Both the position numbers and the translations under genes were made by a program. A stretch of DNA of 46,131 bases from assembly GCA_964588875.1 (NCBI GenBank), contig CAZPRE010000001.1:1-46131 (forward strand). Reading direction: 5' to 3'. This stretch comes from an uncultured Sulfurimonas sp. (GTDB taxonomy: Bacteria > Campylobacterota > Campylobacteria > Campylobacterales > Sulfurimonadaceae). The notes below the pieces were generated by a model. That model worked only from the letters and a program-made list of their open reading frames with translations. It did no database searches and was not told the origin of the DNA. Of the stretch, positions 16,813-26,398 are shown in pieces. Each line of letters opens with the position of its first letter. Positions within the stretch are counted from its first letter, which is position 1.

Positions 16813-18303
16813 ATGCAATACTTAACCATCAAAGATTTACATTTTAAATATCCCCGCTCTTCAATGCCTATTTTTGAAAATCTTAGCATAGAGTTTGAAG
16901 AAGGCTGGAGCTGTATAGTTGGGGCAAATGGTTCTGGTAAAAGTACTCTTTTAAAAATTATATCTAAAGAGATGAAACATCAAAGTGGAACTGTTAAAGG
17001 GAATGATTTAAGCTATTATTGTGCTCAAAGTACTGAGACTATGCCAGAGAATCTTGAAGATTTCATGTTCACTTACACGAGTAAGTCTTTTAAAATTCGA
17101 GACCTTTTAGGCATTCAAGATTCATGGGGTTATTCATGGAACACTCTTTCACATGGTGAGAGAAAAAGAGTTCAGTTAGCTCTTGCTCTGTTTGAAGAAC
17201 CTGATGTTTTACTCATAGACGAACCCACAAATCACCTAGACAACAAAAGTAAAAACATTGTAATAGAAGCACTCAAAAGCTTTAAGGGTATTGGTATTTT
17301 AGTAAGTCACGATAGAGAGCTACTAGACACTCTCTCGCGTTCAACGATAATACTTAAAAATCAAGAAATAAGAAGTTTTAAAACTTCTTACTCAAATGCC
17401 ATAAATGAGTACTATAAAAATATAGAGCATGTACAAGATAATAAACTTAAACAAAATAGTGAACTCAAAAAAATTAAGAAATCAATTCAAACACAGAACG
17501 AGAAGGTTAGTCAGTCAAAAAAAAGAATGTCCAAAAAAAATGTCAAGGACAATAGTACTAAAGTTAAAATCGACCAAGCAAGATTTACCGGTAAAGATAA
17601 AAATGATGGTCAACTAGTCGCAAAACTCAAAGCCAAAGAGAGCAAGATTCTTGATAATAATATAAAAGTAGAAAAGACTTACAAGACAGGGATCACTGTA
17701 AATGTACAAAGAAATAGAAATATTTTTCCTATAGTCTTAGAAAAAAATATTTTGAAAATATCAGAAGAAAAAACGCTCGTCTCCCCTATCCTCTCAATCA
17801 ACGAGCACGACAAAATAGCCATTGTAGGTGAAAATGGTGCAGGAAAGAGTAGTTTTATTGAGTATATTTTATCTGTTACGGATTTAGAAGGTGAGTACCT
17901 ATACATTCCTCAAGAAATTAACGAAGAGAAAAGTAAAAAGATTTTTGATGATATAAATGACTTACCTCGCGAGATAAAAGGTGAAATATATACAATTATA
18001 CAAAGACTTTCATCTGATTCTAAAAAACTCCAAGATAGTTATGCACCAAGTCCGGGTGAACTTAGAAAGCTCATGATAGCACAAGGACTACTACAAAATC
18101 CATCTCTAATCATTTTAGATGAACCTACAAATCATATGGACTTAGACTCTATCATCTCACTCGAAGCTGCCCTAAGAGAATACAATGGAGCAATGCTAAT
18201 CATCTCTCACGACAAGGTATTTTTAGACGCAATCGTGACGGGTGTTTGGGAGTTGGAGGAAGAGAGTGAAAATTCCTACCTCATTAAAGAGACAAGTCTA
18301 TAA
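16813..18303 (+). CDS. ABC-F family ATP-binding protein
   Basis: Two NBDs (GANGSGKS/LSHGE/DEPTNHLD; GENGAGKS/PSPGE/DEPTNHMD), basic linker, no TM domain. Confidence 0.88.
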   Translation: MQYLTIKDLHFKYPRSSMPIFENLSIEFEEGWSCIVGANGSGKSTLLKIISKEMKHQSGTVKGNDLSYYCAQSTETMPENLEDFMFTYTSKSFKIRDLLGIQDSWGYSWNTLSHGERKRVQLALALFEEPDVLLIDEPTNHLDNKSKNIVIEALKSFKGIGILVSHDRELLDTLSRSTIILKNQEIRSFKTSYSNAINEYYKNIEHVQDNKLKQNSELKKIKKSIQTQNEKVSQSKKRMSKKNVKDNSTKVKIDQARFTGKDKNDGQLVAKLKAKESKILDNNIKVEKTYKTGITVNVQRNRNIFPIVLEKNILKISEEKTLVSPILSINEHDKIAIVGENGAGKSSFIEYILSVTDLEGEYLYIPQEINEEKSKKIFDDINDLPREIKGEIYTIIQRLSSDSKKLQDSYAPSPGELRKLMIAQGLLQNPSLIILDEPTNHMDLDSIISLEAALREYNGAMLIISHDKVFLDAIVTGVWELEEESENSYLIKETSL

Positions 18304-18378
18304 AATTTTACTATGGATATATCAGTTTATTATTTTTGAGTTAAGTTTACATATATAAATGATATAATTTACTCCCAA

Positions 18379-18657
18379 CTAATCTACTAACATAATTTTT
18401 ATAATACTCTTTACCTCTTTAATGTGTTTAGGCGAAAGTTTAATATCGAGTTTTTTCACAACTCGTTTTACTGAGATTGTTCTTATTTGGTCGAGTACCA
18501 CAAAACTATCATTTTTAAGTTTAACTCTTGTTGGATAGTCTTTATTTGTTGAAGTCATTGGAGCAACTATAAGGTTGTCAAAATTCATCTCTTTTGGGGA
18601 AATGATAAGACAAGGACGAGTATTTACAAGGACTACTTCATATTGACTATAATTCAT
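18379..18657 (-). pseudogene. mazF: PemK/MazF toxin with an in-frame internal deletion (possibly inactive)
   Basis: MNYSQYEVVLVN|TRPCLIISP...VAPMTS...YPTRV...VLDQIRTI. The LDP..GSE..K loop usually found between VN and TRP is absent. Confidence 0.7.
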
Positions 18658-18805
18658 CCCAGTCCTTAGCATCTAGTGTGTCGTCTATAAGTAATTCTGA
18701 AGAGTTCTTAAACTTATCTTCCCAGCCTTTTCGAGGTGCTTCAATAGTATCTAAAACAATCTGATTTCCTTTACTTGTTCCAATATCAATAAGAGAAACT
18801 TGCAT
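18647..18805 (-). pseudogene. mazE: AbrB/MazE antitoxin with an in-frame internal deletion (52 aa)
   Basis: Not in the ORF track. AAGGA RBS; MQVSLIDIGTSKG|NQIVLDTIEAPRKGWEDKFKNSSELLIDDTLDAKDWDEL. The IR.PK...V.LE core is absent. Overlaps the mazF start. Confidence 0.7.
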
Positions 18806-18820
18806 AATAAATCCTTTTAT

Positions 18821-18839
18821 ATAATTAAAATATAATTAT
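18821..18839. promoter_or_regulatory. Possible toxin-antitoxin operator palindrome
   Basis: ATAATTA-N5-TAATTAT directly upstream of mazE. AT-only, so weak evidence. Confidence 0.35.
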
Positions 18840-19100
18840 GTTTTTATGTCAAATTTGCATTTAAAAGATAAATGCTACTTTAAGCGCATTGACACTCTTG
18901 CAAAAAAGTATGGGATTAAAATATTTATTATAGAGAAATAAAAGGAAAAAATGATGGAAGATTTTGAAGTAACACAAAGCTTGGATAGTTGAAACTTACC
19001 ACTACCATTCCTATGTTTATATAATGAAGAACCTTAGGGAGACAAGAAAAATTGTTCAGAGTATTAGAGAATCAGACCCAATTAAAAGGTATAATAATCC

Positions 19101-20024
19101 ATGAAAACAACTAAACTTTTATGGATTATAGTATTTAATCTTCTCATCATTGTAAGTGAGATAGTTTTTGGACTTATCTCTAACTCTTTTGCTCTTATAG
19201 CAGATGCTCTTCACAATACTGGTGATGTTATAGCCGTTATCATTACCTACCTAGCAATCAAACTAGCTGCAAAAAAGGCAAGTTTTTCACATACTTTTGG
19301 CTACCTAAGAGCTGAGATGATGGCTGCGTTTGTTAACACTCTCTTTTTATTTATAACGATGCTTTATATGATTTATGAGGCTATAAATAGATTTTATAAT
19401 CCTGAGATTATTGAACCAATCTACATGATAATAGTCGGTCTCATAGCCGTTATTGCAAATGGAGTAAGTGCTTATATTTTAAATAATATGGGTGTTGCAA
19501 CTTGTTCACATAATCACTCAGACCATGGACATCATCATCACGACCATGAAGATGCAAACATAAAATCAGCCTACTTGCATATGCTTTTAGATGCTCTTAT
19601 TTCTGTTGGAGTTGTGATTGCGGGTATATTTATTTACTACTTTAAAATCTACTATATAGACTCTATTTTAACAATTGTATTTTCACTCTATATTTTAAAA
19701 CATTCATACCCATTACTTAAAAAAAGTTTTTTATCTCTTATGGATATAAACATAGTTGAAATAGACGAGAAGACACTTTGTGAGTTAATTATAAGTGATG
19801 AGAGAGTGCTTGAGTACCATGACTTACACATAAGTAAGCCAAACTCAAAGTACAACTTTATATCTTTTCACATCGTTTTAAATGATGAAAAGCTAAGCTT
19901 AGTAGAGTGTGAAAGTATTACAGATATCATTCGAAAGAAGTTAAAGCATAATGGTTTTAACCACATACTCATTCAAGTTGATACGGACAAAAATCTCAAG
20001 AACCATACCAACTGTAGTATCTAA
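19101..20024 (+). CDS. czcD: Cation diffusion facilitator (Zn/Cd/Co efflux)
   Basis: ADALHNTGD (HxxxD), TFGYLRAE, His-rich loop HNHSDHGHHHHDHE, NIKSAYLHMLLD. Confidence 0.9.
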   Translation: MKTTKLLWIIVFNLLIIVSEIVFGLISNSFALIADALHNTGDVIAVIITYLAIKLAAKKASFSHTFGYLRAEMMAAFVNTLFLFITMLYMIYEAINRFYNPEIIEPIYMIIVGLIAVIANGVSAYILNNMGVATCSHNHSDHGHHHHDHEDANIKSAYLHMLLDALISVGVVIAGIFIYYFKIYYIDSILTIVFSLYILKHSYPLLKKSFLSLMDINIVEIDEKTLCELIISDERVLEYHDLHISKPNSKYNFISFHIVLNDEKLSLVECESITDIIRKKLKHNGFNHILIQVDTDKNLKNHTNCSI

Positions 20025-20036
20025 GATTTTAACTCT

Positions 20037-20423
20037 TTACAAGTCTATAGCTAAGCCTTTTAAAGTCTCTAAATCCACAAGATTTAAAATTGCTTGATGT
20101 GTTGAGTGTATAAAAATTGGTGGTGCGTTCCCATCTTTTACAGATTGGGCGAAACGCAGACCTGAGAGACACCAAGATTCTCCCGGCTTTACACCTTTAA
20201 ACCCATGCTCAGGCATTGGAGTTGAGAGATCATTTCCGGTGCGTTTAGAGTACTCCAAAAATTCTTCTGTGGCATAAATACAAATAGCATGCATTCCTTT
20301 GTTTTCTGGTGTCACCTTACATGAGCCATCTCTAAAAAATCCTGTTAGTGGGTCAAGAGAACAAGGTTCAAGTGGCTCTCCTAAAACATTTAACTGACCA
20401 AATATATGTAACGGTTTTGGCAT
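20037..20423 (-). CDS. DUF2237 family protein
   Basis: NVLGEPLEPCSLDPLTGFFRDG, GNDLSTP.P...F.G.KPG..WCL. Confidence 0.85.
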   Translation of the reverse strand: MPKPLHIFGQLNVLGEPLEPCSLDPLTGFFRDGSCKVTPENKGMHAICIYATEEFLEYSKRTGNDLSTPMPEHGFKGVKPGESWCLSGLRFAQSVKDGNAPPIFIHSTHQAILNLVDLETLKGLAIDL

Positions 20424-20540
20424 AATCTACACCCTTATAATTTTTAAAGAGATTGTATCTCATAAATAGAAAAGTTCTTTTTTAACTCAAAACTAATTCT
20501 AACACTTAATAAAGTGCTAATAATTTACTCTCTTTAATCA

Positions 20541-20590
20541 ATCAAAATACATTCCATACCCAATCACTAGAGCCTCGTCTTTATTCTAAA
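20541..20590 (-). pseudogene. Possible C-terminal sliver of a Cache-domain protein
   Basis: Reads NKDEALVIGYGMYFD*, resembling the Cache terminal 'xIGxGxY' strand. Very short. Confidence 0.3.
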
Positions 20591-20595
20591 CACAT

Positions 20596-20627
20596 TACAC
20601 ACTCCCTACACGCTATATGGCTACAAT
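20596..20627 (+). promoter_or_regulatory. cus operon promoter: TACAC direct-repeat activator box plus -10
   Basis: TACACACTCCCTACACGCTA-N6-TACAAT. TACAC repeats at an 11-bp period. Same module at 34814-34845. Confidence 0.75.
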
Positions 20628-20652
20628 CTCTTTAATAAATGAAGGATATTTA

Positions 20653-21831
20653 ATGCGAACCATATTACTGGGCTTTTTCTTACTAGCCTCATCTCTCTAC
20701 TCTATTACATTAGATGAACTAATAGACTCCTCACTCTCTAAAAGTCCATCCTTAGAAACCATCCAAGCGAGGATCCAAGCAAACAAACAAAATATAAACA
20801 TATCAAACCAATTCTCAAACCCCCAACTACTTTTGAGTACAAACACACTTGACTCTTCCCAAGCTATGAGCAAAACTACCCTTAGTATAAAACAGAAACT
20901 TCCATACTATGGTAAACGCGACTCAAACGAGAAAGTAGCTCAAGCGAGTGGTGGCGTTCTTGAGCAAAAACTCCAGAGCGCAAAAGTTACACTTATAGAG
21001 AGAATCAAGAATGAAGCCTACACTATCTGGGAGCTCCAAGAGCTTTATAAAATTACTGATGAGTATGTTAGACTTACAAAAAGAAATATTGAGCTTTACG
21101 AGTCATACACAAGCATAAGTGATAATCAACACATGGGAATAATGAAAGCCTCACTCTCACTCTCAGAACTTAAAATCGAGAAAAACAGTATTAAGGCAAA
21201 AATATACTCTGCTTACTCTAGACTCTCTTATCTTGGGGCACTTGAGGTGCAGGAGTTGGATATCTCCTTAGAAATCGGAGAAAAGCCAAACTTAACTCAA
21301 CTACAAAACTCACTCAGTTCAAACCCAGAAATTCTTCTGTCAGAAAAAGAGCTTCAAAAACAAAATGCCAAGGTTGAAATGGCAAGTATAAGCAACTATC
21401 CAGATGTTAACCTCATTGCGGGCTACTCTTATAGAGAAAATTTTGATGATTTTTTAAACATTGGGATTGGTCTTTCTCTACCTATCTATTCAAGAGAAGA
21501 CTACAAAGAAGAAGAGGCTCGATCACTCCTTTTATCGGCTGTAAGCAAAAAAGAAGATACAAAAATAGCAGTTGATTCTACTCTAAAAGTTTACTACTCT
21601 GAAATCTTGTCATATTATGAAATCTACCATATCATCCAAGATGATGCACTTCCAAAACTGTCTCATATGTTTGAACTTTCAAACTCTTCCATTTCAACAG
21701 GAAGCGACCTTTTTAAATATACAGATGTACTCTTCTCAAAACTAAAACTAGAGAAAAAAAGCATAAACGCGGTAGCTAATTATAATCGAGTACAAGCAAA
21801 AATATCACAACTACGAGGAGAAACAAAATGA
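20653..21831 (+). CDS. TolC-family outer-membrane efflux protein (CusC/CrdB-like)
   Basis: Start moved to ATG 20653 (AAGGA RBS, signal peptide). QKLPYYGKR and YPDV...Y..R...LSLPIY repeats. First gene of the RND operon. Confidence 0.85.
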   Translation: MRTILLGFFLLASSLYSITLDELIDSSLSKSPSLETIQARIQANKQNINISNQFSNPQLLLSTNTLDSSQAMSKTTLSIKQKLPYYGKRDSNEKVAQASGGVLEQKLQSAKVTLIERIKNEAYTIWELQELYKITDEYVRLTKRNIELYESYTSISDNQHMGIMKASLSLSELKIEKNSIKAKIYSAYSRLSYLGALEVQELDISLEIGEKPNLTQLQNSLSSNPEILLSEKELQKQNAKVEMASISNYPDVNLIAGYSYRENFDDFLNIGIGLSLPIYSREDYKEEEARSLLLSAVSKKEDTKIAVDSTLKVYYSEILSYYEIYHIIQDDALPKLSHMFELSNSSISTGSDLFKYTDVLFSKLKLEKKSINAVANYNRVQAKISQLRGETK

Positions 21832-22817
21832 AATTATTACTCTTAATTTTACCCCTAATACTATTTGCCAAAGATGCAAGTATTACACAACACTTCAGTG
21901 TACAAACACTTAAGGTCCAAGAGGTAAACGCGGCTAAAAGCAAAAAGAACTACGGTTATGTTAAAGCTGATGAAGCAAGAACTTACTCTCTCTCGCCGCG
22001 TTTTGGTGGTTATGTGGTAAAACTTCAAGCAAATAAAACATATAAGTATGTAAAAAAAGGTGAGCCACTTGTAACACTCTATTCTCCCGAAGTATACAAG
22101 GCAAAAGAAGATTACCTCAACTCATACAACTATACAAAAGGCAAAGCTAACAAGGGAATGCTAAAAAGTACAAAACTAAAACTCTCTCTTTTAGGAGTAA
22201 GCCAAGGCGAGATAAACGCGGTCATAAAAAATAAAAAAGTTTCTCAAAACACAACAATTTACTCTCCAAAAAATGGTTATATTTTTACTAAAAATATAAC
22301 TGAAGGCTCCGCATTTAACGCAAAAACAAAACTCTTTGAGATAGTAAACCTTGATGAAGTTTGGGTTGAGATGAAAGTCCTTGAAGAGGATTTGACTCAT
22401 TTAGAAAATGCAGAAAGTTTTGATGTTAGTTTTAAGAGCAGCGAGGAAATATACACAGCTACCAGGGCACTACTCTATCCAAACCTAGACCCTAAAGAAG
22501 CTACTCTTACATTGAGACTGCGTTTAGCAAATACAGAGACTAAACTCTTCCCTGGAATGTATGCGAGTATTGTTTCCAAGGCAACAACTCAAAAGTATTT
22601 GACTCTTCCTCAAAGTTCGGTTATTCGTAAAGATAGTAGGTTTTATGTTTTTATAGTTGGAGAGTTTAAAGGCGAATATGAACCAAGAGAAGTATCAGTA
22701 AAGCCTTTAAACAACGACACGTATATAGTCCAGAGTGGTTTAAACGCGGATGATGAAGTAGTAGACAATGCCCTCTTTATGATGGACAGTGATGCTCAGA
22801 TAAATGGTTTATATTAG
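21828..22817 (+). CDS. cusB: RND periplasmic adaptor subunit
   Basis: PRFGGYVVKL, VKKGEPL.TLYSPE, LFPGMY, ALFMMDSD. ATGA overlap with the upstream gene. Confidence 0.85.
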   Translation: MKLLLLILPLILFAKDASITQHFSVQTLKVQEVNAAKSKKNYGYVKADEARTYSLSPRFGGYVVKLQANKTYKYVKKGEPLVTLYSPEVYKAKEDYLNSYNYTKGKANKGMLKSTKLKLSLLGVSQGEINAVIKNKKVSQNTTIYSPKNGYIFTKNITEGSAFNAKTKLFEIVNLDEVWVEMKVLEEDLTHLENAESFDVSFKSSEEIYTATRALLYPNLDPKEATLTLRLRLANTETKLFPGMYASIVSKATTQKYLTLPQSSVIRKDSRFYVFIVGEFKGEYEPREVSVKPLNNDTYIVQSGLNADDEVVDNALFMMDSDAQINGLY

Positions 22818-22826
22818 GAATTTATT

Positions 22827-25800
22827 ATGATAGAAAAACTCATCGCGTTTAGCATAAAAAACAAATTTTTAGTCCTTATGGCTACTCTCTTTTTGATAGC
22901 TGGAAGTATTTGGAGTATAAGAAATACTCCTCTTGATGCTCTACCAGATTTGTCTCCGCCTCAGGTTATAGTTCAAATTAACTGGGCTGGACAATCTCCC
23001 CAAATCATTGAAGATCAGGGAACTTATCCTCTTGTTTCGCAGTTTTTAGCCATTGCAAACATTGACAGTGTTCGTGGATATTCTACTTATGAAAATGGAC
23101 TTATCTACATAATCTTTAAAGACAACACTGATCTCTACTGGGCAAGAAGCCGCGTTTTAGAACAGCTCTCTTCTATATCTTCACAACTTCCAGCTTCAAT
23201 GAATGTGGCTCTTGGTCCAGATGCTAGTGGCGTTGGTTGGGTTTATGAGTATGCTCTCTCCTCAAAGACGAAAAATCTCTCTGAGCTTAGAACGATTCAA
23301 GACTACTACTATAAATACGCTCTCATGGGTGTTGATGGAGTTAGTGAAGTTGCAAGTATTGGTGGTTTTGTGCCAACTTATCAGGTGACTGTCAACAACG
23401 ACAATCTCATTCGATACAACCTCAGCATTAAAGATATTGCCAAAGTATTAAAATTAAACAACAACGATACAGGTGGACGAATTGTCATAGAGAATGGTTT
23501 TGAGTGGATGGTTCAAGCCAAGGGTTACATAAAAGATTTAGACGATATTCGCTCTCTTGTAGTTACAACAAAGGGTGGCACTCCTATAACCATAGCCGAT
23601 ATCGCAAGAGTAGAACTCACTCCTGCACCTCGTCGTGGTATGGCTGACTTAAATGGAGAGGGAGAAGTTGTCGGAGGCATCGTAATGGTGCGCTACGGAG
23701 AAGATGTTTACTCAGCCATAAAACGCATAGATGCTAAGATGAAATCTCTTAAAATTGATGATGTTGAAGTTCATGTAGTTTATGACCGTTCAGGGCTTAT
23801 TGATTCTGCAATAGATACACTCAAAAGCACACTCATTGAAGAGAGTCTTATCGTTGTATTTATTATTGGTCTATTTTTAGCGCATCTTCGTTCAGCTCTT
23901 ATAGTACTTATTGTCCTGCCTTTAACAGTGGGAATCACCTTCTTACTCATGAAACTCTTTGGCATAGGCTCAAATATTATGAGTCTTGGTGGTATTGCCA
24001 TCGCCATTGGTGCGATGGTTGATGCATCTATTGTTATGATAGAAAATGCCCACAAGTCTCTGCATAAGTTTGAGCTTCAAGAGGGCCGCGTTCCAAATGA
24101 TAAAGAGAGAATAGAAGTTATTTTAAAATCCTCTCAACTCGTTGGTCGTCCTATCTTTTTTGCTCTCTCTCTCATTGTTGTGTCATTTTTACCTATCTTT
24201 GCTCTAAGTGGTCAAGAGGGCTTGCTCTTTACTCCCCTCGCCTTTACTAAAACATTTGCTATGGCCGCAGGTGCTATTATAAGTATAACTCTTGTTCCCG
24301 TACTAATGGTCTTTTTTGTAAAAGGTAAAATCATACATGAGCATCAAAATCCACTCAACAGATTTTTTATCTGGCTCTATCATCCAGTTATTGTTTATGG
24401 GTTGAAACTCAAATACATTGTAATCATTTTAGTACTTGTCTCTCTGTCTTATATGTATCCACTCTACAAGGGTCTAAAATGGGAATTTATGCCAATGCTC
24501 AACGAGCAGACTTTTATGTATATGCCCGTAACGCCATATGGTATTTCAGTTGACCAATCCAAAGCATTAACTCAAAAAACAGATGCCATTATAAAGTCCT
24601 TTCCTGAAGTCAAGTCTGTATTTGGTAAGGGAGGTCGAGCGAGTTCGGCAACTGACCCTGCACCACTTGGAATGATAGAGAGCATCATCACATTCAAACC
24701 TCAAGATGAGTGGAGAGAGGGAGTAACATTCGAATCTCTCAAACAAGAGATGGAAGATGCCTTGCAAGTTCCAGGACTAATAAACTCATGGACCTACCCA
24801 ATTCGCGGTCGAATAGATATGCTCTTAAGTGGAATAAAAACACCATTAGGAATTAAACTTTACGGAAAAACTCCAGAGGGTCTTCAAAAATTTGCTAAAG
24901 TCATAGAGTCGAAACTTCGTGGATACGAGAAGACTCTCTCTGTTGTTGCTGACCAAGCTAGTGCAGGATATTACCTTGATATTAAACTAAACACAGAGGC
25001 TCTTGCTAGGTATGAAATGAGTAAAGAAACTATTTTAGAGTATGTATCTCTAGCTATTGGAGGAATGAGAGTTTCAACCATCTACAAAGGGCTTGAACGC
25101 TATCCTATTTCACTGCGTTTAGAGGATGATGAAAGAAGAAGTCTCGACTCTATAAAAAACATACAAATTAAGACTAATCTTGGCTTTGTTCCTCTGAGTA
25201 TCTTTGGAGATATTGAGTACAGAGAAAGTGCTTCGGTCATAAAAAGTGAGATGGCTTCACCCGTAACCTTTGTATACATTACACCAAATGAGGGAGTCAG
25301 TACTACCGCTTATAAACAAGAAGCACAGAAGCTTATAGATGAAATTGATTTTGAAGCTGGTTACTATATAGAATGGGCTGGACAGTCTGAGTATTTAGAG
25401 TCAGCCATGAGTAAAATAGTTTGGATTATTCCAGCAGTACTTCTTAGTATCTTAGTACTTATATTTTTAGCCCTAAAACAGATGATACCTACTCTGATAG
25501 TGTTTTTTACTCTACCATTTGCACTTCTTGGTGGTTTGATTTACATCGACATGCTTGGCTTTGCTATGAGTATAGCGGTTATCGTAGGGTTCTTGGCTCT
25601 ACTAGGAGTTGCCGCTGAGACTGCAATCGTTATGATAGTGTATCTTCAAGAGAGTGTCGATGAAGCTAAAGCCAAACATACTACCGTGTTTAACAAAGAG
25701 CATCTAAATGCGGCCATATATGAGGGTGCTGTTCAGAGAGTTCGTCCAAAACTAATGACAGTATTTGCCATTCTTGCTGGTCTTGCACCTATTATGTATA

Positions 25801-25979
25801 TAACTGGAGTTGGTAGTGAAGTGATGCAGAGAATCGCAGCGCCAATGCTTGGCGGGGTGATAAGTTCGGCTATACTTAGTCTGATTATCATACCTATACT
25901 ATTTGAGATATTTCAGATGAGAGAATTAAAGGAGAAAGAGAATGATAAGAACTCAAAATTCAATACAGGGAGGCACTAA
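22827..25979 (+). CDS. cusA: Cu(I)/Ag(I) heavy-metal RND efflux pump
   Basis: LDALPDLS, GPDASGVGW, AIGAMVDA, RVRPKLMT. CusA methionine-triad contexts present (FMYMP, APLGMIES, RIDML). Confidence 0.93.
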   Translation: MIEKLIAFSIKNKFLVLMATLFLIAGSIWSIRNTPLDALPDLSPPQVIVQINWAGQSPQIIEDQGTYPLVSQFLAIANIDSVRGYSTYENGLIYIIFKDNTDLYWARSRVLEQLSSISSQLPASMNVALGPDASGVGWVYEYALSSKTKNLSELRTIQDYYYKYALMGVDGVSEVASIGGFVPTYQVTVNNDNLIRYNLSIKDIAKVLKLNNNDTGGRIVIENGFEWMVQAKGYIKDLDDIRSLVVTTKGGTPITIADIARVELTPAPRRGMADLNGEGEVVGGIVMVRYGEDVYSAIKRIDAKMKSLKIDDVEVHVVYDRSGLIDSAIDTLKSTLIEESLIVVFIIGLFLAHLRSALIVLIVLPLTVGITFLLMKLFGIGSNIMSLGGIAIAIGAMVDASIVMIENAHKSLHKFELQEGRVPNDKERIEVILKSSQLVGRPIFFALSLIVVSFLPIFALSGQEGLLFTPLAFTKTFAMAAGAIISITLVPVLMVFFVKGKIIHEHQNPLNRFFIWLYHPVIVYGLKLKYIVIILVLVSLSYMYPLYKGLKWEFMPMLNEQTFMYMPVTPYGISVDQSKALTQKTDAIIKSFPEVKSVFGKGGRASSATDPAPLGMIESIITFKPQDEWREGVTFESLKQEMEDALQVPGLINSWTYPIRGRIDMLLSGIKTPLGIKLYGKTPEGLQKFAKVIESKLRGYEKTLSVVADQASAGYYLDIKLNTEALARYEMSKETILEYVSLAIGGMRVSTIYKGLERYPISLRLEDDERRSLDSIKNIQIKTNLGFVPLSIFGDIEYRESASVIKSEMASPVTFVYITPNEGVSTTAYKQEAQKLIDEIDFEAGYYIEWAGQSEYLESAMSKIVWIIPAVLLSILVLIFLALKQMIPTLIVFFTLPFALLGGLIYIDMLGFAMSIAVIVGFLALLGVAAETAIVMIVYLQESVDEAKAKHTTVFNKEHLNAAIYEGAVQRVRPKLMTVFAILAGLAPIMYITGVGSEVMQRIAAPMLGGVISSAILSLIIIPILFEIFQMRELKEKENDKNSKFNTGRH

Positions 25980-26348
25980 ATGCCGAGTCTTACTAAATTA
26001 CTATTAGCAATTTTTTTGTTGCTCGCACTTAGTGGATGTGAAGATAAAAAAGAGCCACCAAAAACACTTGGGAGTGGAATGAAGTGTGGAGCTGGAAAAT
26101 GTGGTGCGAATATGTTTGATGGAAACTCCGCATTAGCTAAAAAGAAAAAAAACATACTCTCTCAAATGGGTAAAGATGATAAAAGAAAAAAGTGTGTTAT
26201 CGCAGCACTTAGCACAAAAGAAGTTTACGACTGTGTTCGCAACCCAGAGACTAAAAAACTCTCTTTGAAATGTGGTGATGGTAAAAGTAATGCAAAAGAA
26301 CCAGCAATGAAATGTGGTGCGGGGAAATGTGGAGATTCTATGAAATAA
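25980..26348 (+). CDS. Lipoprotein with MKCGAGKCG motifs (HvfA-like KCG repeats), probably metal-binding
   Basis: Lipobox LSGC; MKCGAGKCG twice, KCGDGK once, plus a C-x12-C pair. Starts on the base after the cusA stop. Confidence 0.75.
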   Translation: MPSLTKLLLAIFLLLALSGCEDKKEPPKTLGSGMKCGAGKCGANMFDGNSALAKKKKNILSQMGKDDKRKKCVIAALSTKEVYDCVRNPETKKLSLKCGDGKSNAKEPAMKCGAGKCGDSMK

Positions 26349-26398
26349 ATGGCGAATAAATTTAGCTATGCTTATTTACAGCTTTTTTTAAAACTACT

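Noticed and set aside
20617-20652. ORF-track start of the TolC gene at 20617
   Set aside because: It sits upstream of the predicted -10. ATG 20653 has the RBS and signal peptide.
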